NCBI GenBank assembly: GCA_035518615.1
Contig: DATIXL010000138.1
Coordinates: 669-64,668 of the forward strand
DNA: 64,000 nucleotides
DNA from: Terriglobales bacterium
GTDB taxonomy: Bacteria; Acidobacteriota; Terriglobia; Acidiferrales; UBA7541
Direction: 5' to 3'
Part shown: positions 51,176-61,200 of the stretch, in pieces
Layout: each line of letters begins with the position of its first letter
How positions within the stretch are numbered: the stretch's first letter is position 1
Position numbers and translations under genes: made by a program
Notes under the pieces: model-generated
What the model saw: only the letters and a program-made list of their open reading frames with translations
What the model was told of the DNA's origin: nothing
The model's database searches: none

Positions 51176-52215
51176 GCATCACCCCGGCGGCTGGCATTGC
51201 GGTTCATGGGCCCAATCTTTGTACCACGATTGTGCGGCTTGAAGGTGTTGCGAACCCAAACTAGCATTTCGCGCTCGGCAGCGAGTGGAAGAACATTGGC
51301 GTGGAGCACCCTCGCGCCCGAGGAAGCAAGAGCATGCGCTTCATCGTAGGAGAGCTCGTGAAGCAGAGTCGCCTCCGCGGATTCATTGGGATTGGCGGTG
51401 AAAACGCCATCCACGTCGGTCCAAATGACGAGTTCGTCGGCGTCCACAACGTGGGCGATGATCGCGCCGGAATAATCCGAACTGTTACGGCCGAGAGTGG
51501 TGACGCGGCCATCCCGCGTGGCGCCAAGAAACCCGGTGACGACGGGCACGAGGCCGTCTTCGAAGAGGGGAAGAAGAATTTCGCGGCCGCGGCGGCGCGT
51601 TTCGTGCAAATCGGGCTTGGCGTCGCGAAAGGTGTCGCAGGTAACGACAAAATCGGAAGAGCTCACGGGGACGGAGGCAACTCCGGATTTTTCGAGGGCG
51701 GCGGAGAAGAGCCGCGCGCTGAATCGCTCGCCGAAAGAAGCGAGGCGATCCTGCCAGGCGGCATCGATAAAGGGCGGCCGCGCGCCGTGCGCTTCCGCGG
51801 GAACTTCATGAAGCAGATCGCGGCCAAGTAACCGCAGTTCATGGCGCACGCGCTGCTCGGCGGTTTCCTCCAGGCGCAACTCGCTCAGCACATCGAGATG
51901 AAACTGAACGGCGGCTTCCGCTTCGGTGCGCGCGCGGAGCCATTGGCCATTTTCGAGCCACTGGGAAATAGCTAAGAGGCGGTCGGTGACGCCTTTCATG
52001 GCGGAAACGATGACCGCGACTTGAGAGGATTTCGCGGCGTCGCGGACGAGGCCAGCCGCGTGGAACATACGCTCCGCGCCGAGCAGCGACGTCCCGCCAA
52101 ATTTGAAGGCGACGACGTGCCGCGTGGCGGTCCCGCTAGCCGCTCCTTTTTCAAATGCGACGGCGGCGGGCAAAAGTTCCTCGGCTAAATCTTCCTGCAC
52201 ATTCTCCGGGCTCAT
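51172..52215 (-). CDS. lysC: Aspartate kinase, catalytic domain only (no ACT domains)
   Basis: KFGGTS, DRLASFGE, TTLGRNSSDYS, WTDVDGV. Ends right after the kinase domain, and the stop overlaps the asd start. Confidence 0.88.
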   Translation of the reverse strand: MSPENVQEDLAEELLPAAVAFEKGAASGTATRHVVAFKFGGTSLLGAERMFHAAGLVRDAAKSSQVAVIVSAMKGVTDRLLAISQWLENGQWLRARTEAEAAVQFHLDVLSELRLEETAEQRVRHELRLLGRDLLHEVPAEAHGARPPFIDAAWQDRLASFGERFSARLFSAALEKSGVASVPVSSSDFVVTCDTFRDAKPDLHETRRRGREILLPLFEDGLVPVVTGFLGATRDGRVTTLGRNSSDYSGAIIAHVVDADELVIWTDVDGVFTANPNESAEATLLHELSYDEAHALASSGARVLHANVLPLAAEREMLVWVRNTFKPHNRGTKIGPMNRNASRRGDA

Positions 52216-52292
52216 GAGTGCTGCTCCTTGTTGGGTGACCGCTCTTTGGTTGTTTCTTTCGGGTTCACCGCGGGAGCGTCTTTGGCGGGGGC

Positions 52293-52336
52293 TGAAACGA
52301 AGAAACCCACCGCCGGTTCGCTTCTGGCGGTGGGTT
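52293..52336 (-). terminator. Attenuator terminator hairpin upstream of aspartokinase
   Basis: 11-bp stem AACCCACCGCC/GGCGGTGGGTT, followed on the minus strand by TCTTCGTTT. Confidence 0.85.
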
Positions 52337-52355
52337 CGAAACTTTTTCTAGTTGC

Positions 52356-52436
52356 CTAGCTGTTTCTCCCCTCGCCAGAAGCGCCCGTAGTCTTCTTAAT
52401 AATGATGGTCGTCGTGGTGGTCGAGATCGCGGACAT
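52356..52436 (-). CDS. Leader peptide (thrL-like) MSAISTTTTTIIIKKTTGASGEGRNS
   Basis: 26-aa ORF with 7 Thr, 4 Ile and 2 Lys codons directly upstream of the terminator. Its GCGCTTCTGGCG is complementary to CGCCAGAAGCG in the terminator (antiterminator). Alternative ATG at 52442. Confidence 0.85.
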   Translation of the reverse strand: MSAISTTTTTIIIKKTTGASGEGRNS

Positions 52437-52757
52437 CGCCATCGACGTCTTGGGGCTAATTCGCTTGGCGGAGAGAGACAACATACCGAAAGACAGACTA
52501 GCACAACTTCAGCCTGAACCAAATGAAAAATGAGTACAAGTTTCTTCCCACATCGCCAAAAACGAGACACTCAGCCGAGAATTTCTTCACGATGCATCGG
52601 ATTGCTCGCGGATCGGAACGGTATAGAATTGTCATCCTATTGAAACTAAACGAGTTGCGAACCGGAACTTTCGGCGCCGACCGGGGTTTTTAGGGCCAAG
52701 GTTCGGTGAGGACTCCAGGCGCCTCAGGGGCAACTTAGCAAGAAAGGAAACTTCGCT

Positions 52758-54176
52758 ATGAATTCCAGGAAGTGGTTTAGCGCAACACTCTTGTGCGCCT
52801 GCATCTCCTTCGCCTTTGGCTGTGGCGGCGGGAGCATGACGAGCGGCAATCTATCCAACACGCAGCAGACCGGAATGGTTTTCGTCACCGGAACGGATGC
52901 GCCGCTGCCGAGCGTCGTGTCATTTCAGGTGGACATTACGGGACTCTCGGTTTCGGACGGCGTGAATCCTCCGGTCTCCGTTCTGAACGGCACGCAGACC
53001 GTGGATTTCGCGCGGTTGAACGGTTTGCACACGCTGCTGGACATCAACACGATTCCCGCAGGATCGTACACGAGCGTGTCCGTCACGCTGGCGAATCCGC
53101 AAATTCAATATCTGAACGTCGCCAATCCGCAGACCAATCCGCCGACTCGGCCGACGATCAGTACCCTGAATTCGCAATCCACGCCGCCGGTTACGCTTTC
53201 GATGTCTCAGGTGCCGATCACTCTCTCGACTCCGCTCGTCGTCAACTCCAACGACATCATCGGCCTGGGATTCGAGTTTGATATTCGCAAATCCATTCAA
53301 GTGGATGCCATGGGACAGATCACCGGCGTCGTGAATCCAACCTTGAATCTGAAGGCCATTACACCAAGCGATGCGGACGCTTACATTGACGAATTCACCG
53401 CGGGAGTTGTGAGCGTGAACGCGACCGGCAATTCGTTCGTGCTGCAAGGGCCGCACGGGCACCAGTTCACGGTAAACGTCAACGGCCAGACGGAATGGGA
53501 AGGCACCGACACGATCAACGACTTGACGACTTCGTCCATCGTGCAGATTTCCGGCACGCTGGACCGCACCGCGGGAACGATCCTGGCAGACTCGGTGTGC
53601 ATTCTCTCACAGGACAAGTTTTTCGCGGGAGGGCTGATCACGTTTGTGGATCCAGCGACAAACACCGCAAATGACTTTGATCTTTATGTGCGGAGCGTTT
53701 TGCCGGCGGGCACGGGCTTCCAATCCGGGCAGATTTCCACGATTGACCTGACCGGAAACGAAAAGTATTTCATCTACTGGTGGCACAATAAATTCACCAG
53801 CTTCCTGTTCAACTCCGCGCTGATGGTTCCGGGGCAGCACGTGAGCATCGGCGGACCGCTTTCCAACGGCGCGGTTACGGTAAAGCGGATCGTACTGCGG
53901 CACGAAGGGCACACCGGCACGTGGCTCGTGGGAAGCACGAACGTCGGAGCGAACACGTTCCAGTTCGATTCGAACGGGCTTGCCGGGGTGCTCTTCAATG
54001 GCCCGGTCACGGTGTACGTCACCCCATTCACAAATTGGGGCGGCGGACTGACTGGTCTGGGCGACCTCTCGGGCACATCCGCGATCAACCTCCGGGTGGT
54101 CGGTCTGGTGCTCAAGGATCCTGTCAGTAGCCAGCCGGTGTTTGTGGCGCGCCGGGTAGTGGAGCTTACGGACTAA
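52758..54176 (+). CDS. Lipoprotein, DUF4382/DUF5666-like beta-rich domains
   Basis: Lipobox AFGC; TDAPLPSVVSFQVDI; DFEFDI-like and repeated GVVSVN beta motifs. Confidence 0.72.
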   Translation: MNSRKWFSATLLCACISFAFGCGGGSMTSGNLSNTQQTGMVFVTGTDAPLPSVVSFQVDITGLSVSDGVNPPVSVLNGTQTVDFARLNGLHTLLDINTIPAGSYTSVSVTLANPQIQYLNVANPQTNPPTRPTISTLNSQSTPPVTLSMSQVPITLSTPLVVNSNDIIGLGFEFDIRKSIQVDAMGQITGVVNPTLNLKAITPSDADAYIDEFTAGVVSVNATGNSFVLQGPHGHQFTVNVNGQTEWEGTDTINDLTTSSIVQISGTLDRTAGTILADSVCILSQDKFFAGGLITFVDPATNTANDFDLYVRSVLPAGTGFQSGQISTIDLTGNEKYFIYWWHNKFTSFLFNSALMVPGQHVSIGGPLSNGAVTVKRIVLRHEGHTGTWLVGSTNVGANTFQFDSNGLAGVLFNGPVTVYVTPFTNWGGGLTGLGDLSGTSAINLRVVGLVLKDPVSSQPVFVARRVVELTD

Positions 54177-54201
54177 CGCCACGCTTCAACGGCAAATCCG
54201 G

Positions 54202-54247
54202 AAAAACGGCCGCTCGCCCGTGCTGGGAGCGGCCGCTCTTTTTTCTT
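54202..54247. terminator. Intrinsic (likely bidirectional) terminator
   Basis: CGGCCGCTC/GAGCGGCCG stem flanked by AAAAA and TCTTTTTTCTT. Confidence 0.75.
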
Positions 54248-54248
54248 G

Positions 54249-54770
54249 CTACTCGCATTTCAAAACTTTAGTGGCTTCAGCGACGCCATCTTTCAGTTTG
54301 CCTTCATTCCGGCGGGCAAGAAATTCATCGAGCTTCGGCGCATCGTATTTCGAATCCTGCTTGCGAATTGCCTGGTAAGCGTTCAGCGCGCCATCCACGC
54401 CGGCAACGTAAATCTCTTGTTTGTCTTTGGCTTTCTCCGGATGCTCGATGATCGCGGCGGCTTCTGAACCGAGCATCGCGGAAAGAATGGCCCCTGGATA
54501 GCCGGTCCCTTTATCGCCGAGGTCGCCGAGAAGCCCGCCGCATACATCCACGCCGATGTCGGGGATTTCGATGAGCCACTGGATCAGCCATTCGCGTTCC
54601 GGCTGAACGCTCCTCGACAAAGGATCGGTTTGCAGATCTTGGGCAATCTTCACCGCTTTCGCGCGTTCTTCCGCTGTGGATGGACCCCGCTTCTGGCTCT
54701 GGCCAAAGCATGCGGCGGACGCCCAGAAAACAATCAGCAGAAGAGAAGCAAGCCTGGCTTGCGTGCTCAT
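54249..54770 (-). CDS. Secreted hypothetical protein
   Basis: Signal peptide; helical domain WLIQWLIEIPDIGVDVC...AGVDGALNAY. Overlaps the ddah stop. Confidence 0.72.
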   Translation of the reverse strand: MSTQARLASLLLIVFWASAACFGQSQKRGPSTAEERAKAVKIAQDLQTDPLSRSVQPEREWLIQWLIEIPDIGVDVCGGLLGDLGDKGTGYPGAILSAMLGSEAAAIIEHPEKAKDKQEIYVAGVDGALNAYQAIRKQDSKYDAPKLDEFLARRNEGKLKDGVAEATKVLKCE

Positions 54771-55555
54771 CGCTTTTCTCCACGAGCTGCTTCACCATGG
54801 AAAAGTAGGCTCGAGCACGTGAGCCCCGATTCCGCTTTCTGCAATTCGGAAATATCTAGCGGGCTTACTTGGAATCCCTTTGCTTCGATGCGTGCTTTTG
54901 TTCGTGGAAACGATTTCGGAAAAATCACCGTCTCGCCGATAGTCAGAGCATTCGCCGAATGAGGCTCGCCCGGATCCACGTCCAGCCAGTCGCACCCGGT
55001 GAGGATCTTCCAGTCGAACCAGGCACGGTTCGCAAGCAGCGTATTCCGGCCGAGGTAAGTGGCCGCGGATTTCAGGTGCAAACAGCCTGTGACCGGAATC
55101 GCGATGACTTCGTACCCATATTGCGCGACGATCGTCCGAAGCTGCCTGATCCCCTCTTCGTTCGAACGTCCTGTCCTGCCCACGAACAACCTCCTGCCAA
55201 TACGGAGAACATCACCCCCCTCAAGCGTTCCTGGAAACTGCACGTATTCCAGCTTGCGAAATCGTTCCAATTCCTTTGCCAGAGATGGCGCTTCGGCGCG
55301 GCGCGTTTCCGTCCCAAGCGGGAAAATCACGGCAAGTTCGTCGAGCACGATTGCGGGATCTTCGACGAACATGGAATCCGGCAGGGCGGGCTCCGGGGGC
55401 AGCGAAATGACTCGCGCGCCGTGCTTCATGAGCAATTTTTCGTATGCCCGATGCTGCGCGCGGGCTTTCTGGAGGTCAATTGGCTTGCGCTCGATAAAGC
55501 TTAATTCGCAGTTCGCGAGTGCGGGGCTGACTCCACGGGTGATGGCCATCAACAT
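54767..55555 (-). CDS. Dimethylarginine dimethylaminohydrolase family (amidinotransferase superfamily)
   Basis: DSMFVED, LEGGDVL, CLHLKS, GLTCSSL catalytic Cys. Confidence 0.92.
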   Translation of the reverse strand: MLMAITRGVSPALANCELSFIERKPIDLQKARAQHRAYEKLLMKHGARVISLPPEPALPDSMFVEDPAIVLDELAVIFPLGTETRRAEAPSLAKELERFRKLEYVQFPGTLEGGDVLRIGRRLFVGRTGRSNEEGIRQLRTIVAQYGYEVIAIPVTGCLHLKSAATYLGRNTLLANRAWFDWKILTGCDWLDVDPGEPHSANALTIGETVIFPKSFPRTKARIEAKGFQVSPLDISELQKAESGLTCSSLLFHGEAARGEKR

Positions 55556-55654
55556 GGCATAGCACTCTAGCAGGACAACGCCTGCTTACAAATCTCCGAC
55601 TCGCGGTATGATCTGTGCGCACGAGTAGGTAAAGCCGAGCCGAGGGAAAACTCC

Positions 55655-57163
55655 ATGACAGATTCCATGCGCAGAGCCGTCGCCATTTTGTTGGTCATTG
55701 GAGGCGCTGCAGCGCTCTGCTGGCTTGGAGGCCAGACGGTGAATGCCCAAGCTTCCGCAAAAAATGTAATTGCCTCGACTCTCGATCAGACTCGCGCAGC
55801 CGCGGCGGCAAAGAATCCGCTGCTGAAAGGAAGCTATCGTTTTTCGCGGGGCGGCTGGATCTACCTGCATTTGGAAGGCGATCCTTCCGCGATCGGCTTT
55901 CAGCACGGCTACCTGCTCGGCCCGGAAATCGAGGATGCCTTCGCCGCGGTCAGCGCCAACATCGTCCATTCGACGGGCCGGGATTGGGCCTTCTTCCGCA
56001 AAAATGCGCAAGAGATGCTCTGGCCGAAGATTGGTCCGGAATACCAGCGCGAGCTCGCAGGAATCGTAAAAGGCCTGCATGCGCGGACAGGATCCAAACT
56101 CGATCTTGATGATATCGTGGCGCTGAACGCGTTCGAGGAAGTGCCGGACTACTATGTGCCGTGGCTGAACAAACAAGAGAAGATGGCGAAGGCGCCGGAT
56201 CTCAGGAGCCCCGGGAATTGCAGTGCATTTGTTGCGACCGGAAGTTGGACCAAGGATCATCAGATCGTGATGGCCCACAACAACTGGACCAGCTATGTGA
56301 ATGGTGAGCGCTGGGTAATCGTCTTTGATATCGTGCCGAAAGATGGCTATCGCATCTTGATGGACGGCTTTCCGGGTGTGATCGCCAGCGACGACGACTT
56401 CGGCATCAACAGCGCTGGTTTGATGGTGACCGAAACGACGATTACTCAATTCCAAGGCTGGGATCCCAATGGCATACCGGAATTTGTGCGTGCGCGGAAG
56501 GCCATGCAGTATGCCGGCTCGATTGATGAATACATTAAGATCATGCTGGGTGGAAACAACGGTGGCTACGCCAACGATTGGCTGCTCGGCGACCGCAAGA
56601 CCGGAGAGATCGCGCAGTTTGAACTGGGCCTGAAGGCTTACAAGGTCTGGCGCACGGAGGACGGCGCCTTCGCCGGCTCGAACTGGGCGCGCGATCCGAA
56701 AGTGCTCAAGCTCGATGCTCCGGAATTCGATCCCAACGACAAATCCTCTTCACCCAACGCCCGCCGCATGCGCTGGGAGGAGCTTCTGGACGAAAACAAG
56801 GGAAAAATTGACGTCGCGCTCGCGCAGAAAATGCTTGGCGACCACTTCGACTCATACGCGAAGATGGAAGACGCCGGCGAGCGGACCCTTTGCGGACACG
56901 TAGACGCTTCTCCGCGCGGTGTTTCCCAGTGGGAATGGGGCCCCCACTTCCCTGGCGGCGCGGTGCAGGGCAAGGTCACCGATTCCGAGATGGCCAGGGC
57001 CATGGAGCTTGTCGCGCGCGCCGGCCATCCGTGCGGCGAAGATTTCCTCGCCAAGCCCTTTCTTGCCGCGCATCCGGAATATGACTGGCAGGCGCCCTAT
57101 CTGCATGACATGAAAGCCGGCCCGTGGACCGATTTTCGCTCGGGTGACGCAAAGAAAAAATGA
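55655..57163 (+). CDS. C45-family / phospholipase B-like Ntn-hydrolase
   Basis: Signal peptide; GFQHGYLL; GNCSAFVATG (Cys nucleophile after autocleavage); MAHNNW; GGYANDW. Confidence 0.82.
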   Translation: MTDSMRRAVAILLVIGGAAALCWLGGQTVNAQASAKNVIASTLDQTRAAAAAKNPLLKGSYRFSRGGWIYLHLEGDPSAIGFQHGYLLGPEIEDAFAAVSANIVHSTGRDWAFFRKNAQEMLWPKIGPEYQRELAGIVKGLHARTGSKLDLDDIVALNAFEEVPDYYVPWLNKQEKMAKAPDLRSPGNCSAFVATGSWTKDHQIVMAHNNWTSYVNGERWVIVFDIVPKDGYRILMDGFPGVIASDDDFGINSAGLMVTETTITQFQGWDPNGIPEFVRARKAMQYAGSIDEYIKIMLGGNNGGYANDWLLGDRKTGEIAQFELGLKAYKVWRTEDGAFAGSNWARDPKVLKLDAPEFDPNDKSSSPNARRMRWEELLDENKGKIDVALAQKMLGDHFDSYAKMEDAGERTLCGHVDASPRGVSQWEWGPHFPGGAVQGKVTDSEMARAMELVARAGHPCGEDFLAKPFLAAHPEYDWQAPYLHDMKAGPWTDFRSGDAKKK

Positions 57164-57191
57164 AGAACACAAACGAAGGCAAACATGCGCG

Positions 57192-57761
57192 CTAAAAGAC
57201 TCCGCCGCGCCGCGTAAGGTGCGAAATCCAGAGTGTGGCGATTCCGGCCCCCAGCAGGATTCCGGCAAGAATGAACAGGATCACGCCCACGGTAACCCAT
57301 TTATTCGAAAAGTCTCCCCCCACCATACCCTTTTCGATTGCCTCTCCCTCTGCTGTCACGCCCTCTTCATTTCCCCCCCCGGCGGCGACAGCAAGAAACG
57401 GAACGGCAGAGTATTCAGCCTGTCCAACGAAGACATACCCTTTCCGCGGAATCGTCTCGATATACGTTGGTCTATCCGGCGAGTCGCCGAGCACCTGGCG
57501 CAGCTTGTTGACTGTCGTGTTCACGTTGGCATCGTAATTCACGAAAGTGTTCGCCGGCCACAAAGCCTGCTTCAACTCTTCCCGCGTGACGATTTGCCCC
57601 TGCTTCTGAATGAGCGCCAGCAGTACCTGATAAACCTTGCCATGCATCTTCAGCCGCACACCGCGCCGCATCACCATCTGCCGGTGCTGATCAATCTGGA
57701 ACGGGCCAAAGCGTACGTATCTCGTGGTTTGCGCTCGATCCTGATTGGCGCCTGATTCCAT
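57192..57761 (-). CDS. ToxR/CadC-like winged-helix regulator with C-terminal TM helix
   Basis: VRFGPFQID, VTREELKQALW, VNKLRQVLGD...YIETIPRKGY; TM WVTVGVILFILAGILLGAGIATLW. Confidence 0.88.
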   Translation of the reverse strand: MESGANQDRAQTTRYVRFGPFQIDQHRQMVMRRGVRLKMHGKVYQVLLALIQKQGQIVTREELKQALWPANTFVNYDANVNTTVNKLRQVLGDSPDRPTYIETIPRKGYVFVGQAEYSAVPFLAVAAGGGNEEGVTAEGEAIEKGMVGGDFSNKWVTVGVILFILAGILLGAGIATLWISHLTRRGGVF

Positions 57762-58097
57762 TTCTGATTCCGGGCAGGGCACGGAATGGGAAGTCATACA
57801 CCACACCCTTGCTCGGATAGACGCACGGTTTTCTAAAGCGTTTGCCGGTTTCCGCAAATTCCTTTTTCAATCTGTATTTCATGACTGGTTGATTGCAGCT
57901 TTTCATCCGTAGGAATGGAGCGCCTTCGAGAACTTGTACAAATCACCCTGGTCATGAGACCGGGTTCGCGAAATATATTCTAAAAAAATCATCGATTCCT
58001 CCGGGTGGCCGAGGTTTCATTCCCTAAGAGTCGTTTCCTCAGCCATTTGCTCGCTCATCTGCGCTTGATGCGTATTTGAGACACAAATTGTCTTCAC

Positions 58098-58112
58098 TGG
58101 CTCCCTTCTTGC
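58098..58112 (+). promoter_or_regulatory. Candidate sigma54 (-24/-12) promoter for TBDR 2
   Basis: TGGCTC-CCTTC-TTGC versus consensus TGGCAC-N5-TTGC (one mismatch), 108 nt upstream of the ATG. Confidence 0.4.
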
Positions 58113-58220
58113 CATGTTCCTGCCAACCAAAGTGTGCGGGCCCCTCGTGCTGATTCTCCAGCGGCTCCAGGTTTCAAAAAACGAGGTTCCGCTCATCGGG
58201 AATTCTTCAAGGAGAGTGAA

Positions 58221-61200
58221 ATGCGCAGAATTTCAGTTTTAAGCGTAGTGGGCCTCCTGTGTTTGGCCTTCGCGGGTGCGGCCCTCGCTCAGCGGCTCGA
58301 CGGAACTCTTCGCGTCACCGTTGCAGACAACACCCAGGCAAGCATTGAAGATGCCACTGTGACCGTCACGAATGAAGCGACCGGCGTTTCCGCAAGCACC
58401 ACCGCTTCCAGTGCGGGAACCTATGTGTTCCCGAACCTTCTCGTGGGCTCCTACACCGTCACGGTGGAGAAGGAGGGGTTCAAGAAGGCGATCCAGAAAA
58501 GCGTGGCCGTCGCCTCGAACCAGATTGCCGAGGCAAAGATTTTCATGGAAGTCGGCTCGGTCTCCGCAGTCGTGGAAGTCGAAGCGGGCGCGGAGCTCGT
58601 GAAGACCGAGTCTTCGGAACTTGGCGCTACCTTTGGGGGAAAAATAGTGAATGATCTCCCTCTCAATACTCTCGGGGGCGACGTCAAGGAATTCGCTGTC
58701 TTCGTTCCCGGAACGACGACGCAAGAGGGTGGAGTCCTCGGCTCGGGTGGATCGGTCGGCGGGACGCGCCCGCGTTTCAATGGCTTTTCGATTGACGGCG
58801 TGGACGACAACCGTCTTGACGTCAATGGTCCGACGCAGCCGGTCATCCAGGAATCCGTTGCGGAATTCAGCCTTCTAACCAACCAATTCAGCGCCGAATA
58901 TGGCCATTCCTCCGGCGGCCAGTTCAATATCGTCACGAAGTCTGGCACAAACGATTGGCACGGCGCCGGATGGTGGTTCAATCGCAATCGCGACTTGAAC
59001 GCCGCGACCAATCAGGAGAAAGTCGGCAATGCAGGCCAGCCGGACATTAAGAATCGTTACGATTACAACCGCTTGGGCGCCAGCGCGGGCGGCCCCATCC
59101 GGAAAGACAAGCTCTTCATTTACGGTGCCTACGAGTTTCAAAACAATGGCTTGGCGTCTCAAGGCGCCACCGTGACCATGCCCACCGCCAATGGAATCTC
59201 CCAGTTGATGGCCCTCAATCCCGATCCGGCCGTTGCAGACATCCTCAGCCAATTCCCCGTCGCCACGACGCCGAGCGGAACGACCAACGTCACCGTCAAC
59301 GGCGTTACCCAAGCCATTGAGGTCGGTCAGTTTTCCTCCACTGCCCCAAACTATTCAAATCAGCACGACTTCACCGTCAATGCCGATCTAAATCTCGGAA
59401 AACACCAGCTCCGGGGCCGCTTTTTGTACGATCGTTACCGCGCTCCCTGGGTCAATTTGATCCAGCCCCAGCCGCAATTCACCGGAACTGCAACCAACGA
59501 CGCTCGTAAAGTCATCTTCACCGATGCTTGGTCGCTGAGCAGCCGGGTGATCAACGATTTCCACGCTTCGTATTCGAGATTGAACGGCCTGAATCTCGAT
59601 ACGCCCGCTGCTTTTTCAAATTTTCCAAACGTGGAAATCGACGAATTTGGGAGCAATGTCGGTCCCCAAAGTCTGGCCCCACAAGGGTACACGCAGAACG
59701 TCTACCAGCTCATGGACGACGTCTCTTACATTCGCGGCAAGCATACGTTCAAGTTCGGCATCGAAGGGCGCAACTACATCGCTCCGACGAACGATTTGCC
59801 ACGCGCCCGGGGAGAATGGGACTACGCGACTCTAAATTCGTTCATCAATGACTTGGTTCCCGACGGCGCCAATGGCGCTCTGCGCGGCGCAGGCACGGGC
59901 AGCACAGCCGACAACTATCACGCGGTCTACTGGTTCGTTCAGGATGACTGGAAACTTACACCCCGTCTTACGCTGAACCTCGGTTTGCGTTATGAGTGGT
60001 CCGGCGTGCCTCGCGACGAAGCCAAGCAAGCCCTCAATTCCATCTCTGATGATCCCTCGTTGGGCATTTTCTTCCGCAAACCGAAATCGGACACAAACAA
60101 CTTCGGCCCGCACTTCGGTTTCGCATGGGATCCCACGGGTCGCGGCAACTGGGCCGTCCGTGGCGGAGCGCAAATTTCTTACGACGTGATTCCAAACAAT
60201 TTTGCGATCAACAGCCTGCCTCCCCAATTGCAGACGGAACAAAATCCCGCGATCACCTGTTCCCTCAGCCCGGCTCCGGCTTGGTGCGCCACCGGCCAGG
60301 GTTTTCTCGAAGGCGGCGGCCTCTTGCAGGTGAATGTGCCTCCGACGACCCAGGCGGATGCCCGTGCTGCTACGGGAAGTCTTATTCCCGACCAGACGAA
60401 TCCGAAGGTCATTACCTGGTCGCTCGGCGTTCAGCACGCAATCCTGCGCGATTCCAGCATCGAGGTCCGTTACGTTGGCACGCGCAGCTTGAGCCTGCCG
60501 GTGCAAATGCGCTTGAACTCCGCCTCCGCGTTTGATCCAAACGTTGCAGGCGGCGGCCTGGCCCCGCTTCCCACATATATCAATCCAAGCGATATCCCTT
60601 CCACGATGCCCGCGCCCGTGGACACCCTCGCGAATTTCCAGACCTTCTGCCCCAACCCAGGAGTTCAGCCGGTCGCCCCTTGCCGCAATCTTTCCGCGGA
60701 CGGCTTCCTGGGCAGCATGACCACTTTCCCGCCGATCGGCTCCGGGATCTATCATGCGGCTTCCGTGGACTTCATTCACCGGTTTGCAAAAGGCCTTTAT
60801 TTCCGCGTGAATTACACTTTCTCCAAGAACATTGACAATTCCACGAACGAATTGTTCAGCAGCTACGTCAACCCCCGCCGCGCGCAGGACGGCTTCGATT
60901 TTGCCAACGAGCGTGGACGGTCGGTGCTGGACCTGCCTCAGAAATTCGCGATGACTTGGGTGTACGACTTCCCCAACATCAATAGCGAAAACCGTTTCGT
61001 GCGTGGAATCGCCCAGGGTTGGGAGTGGAGCGGCACTTACCTGGCGCAGTCCGGCCAGCCGGTCACCCCTCTCTCCGGAGTGGACGCGAACGATAACGGC
61101 GACAACGCCGGGGACCGCACCGTTTTCAATCCCGCGGGCGCCGGCCTGACTGGCTCGACCGTCGAATCCGTCTGCAACGATGGCGCCGGCGGCGCGACCC

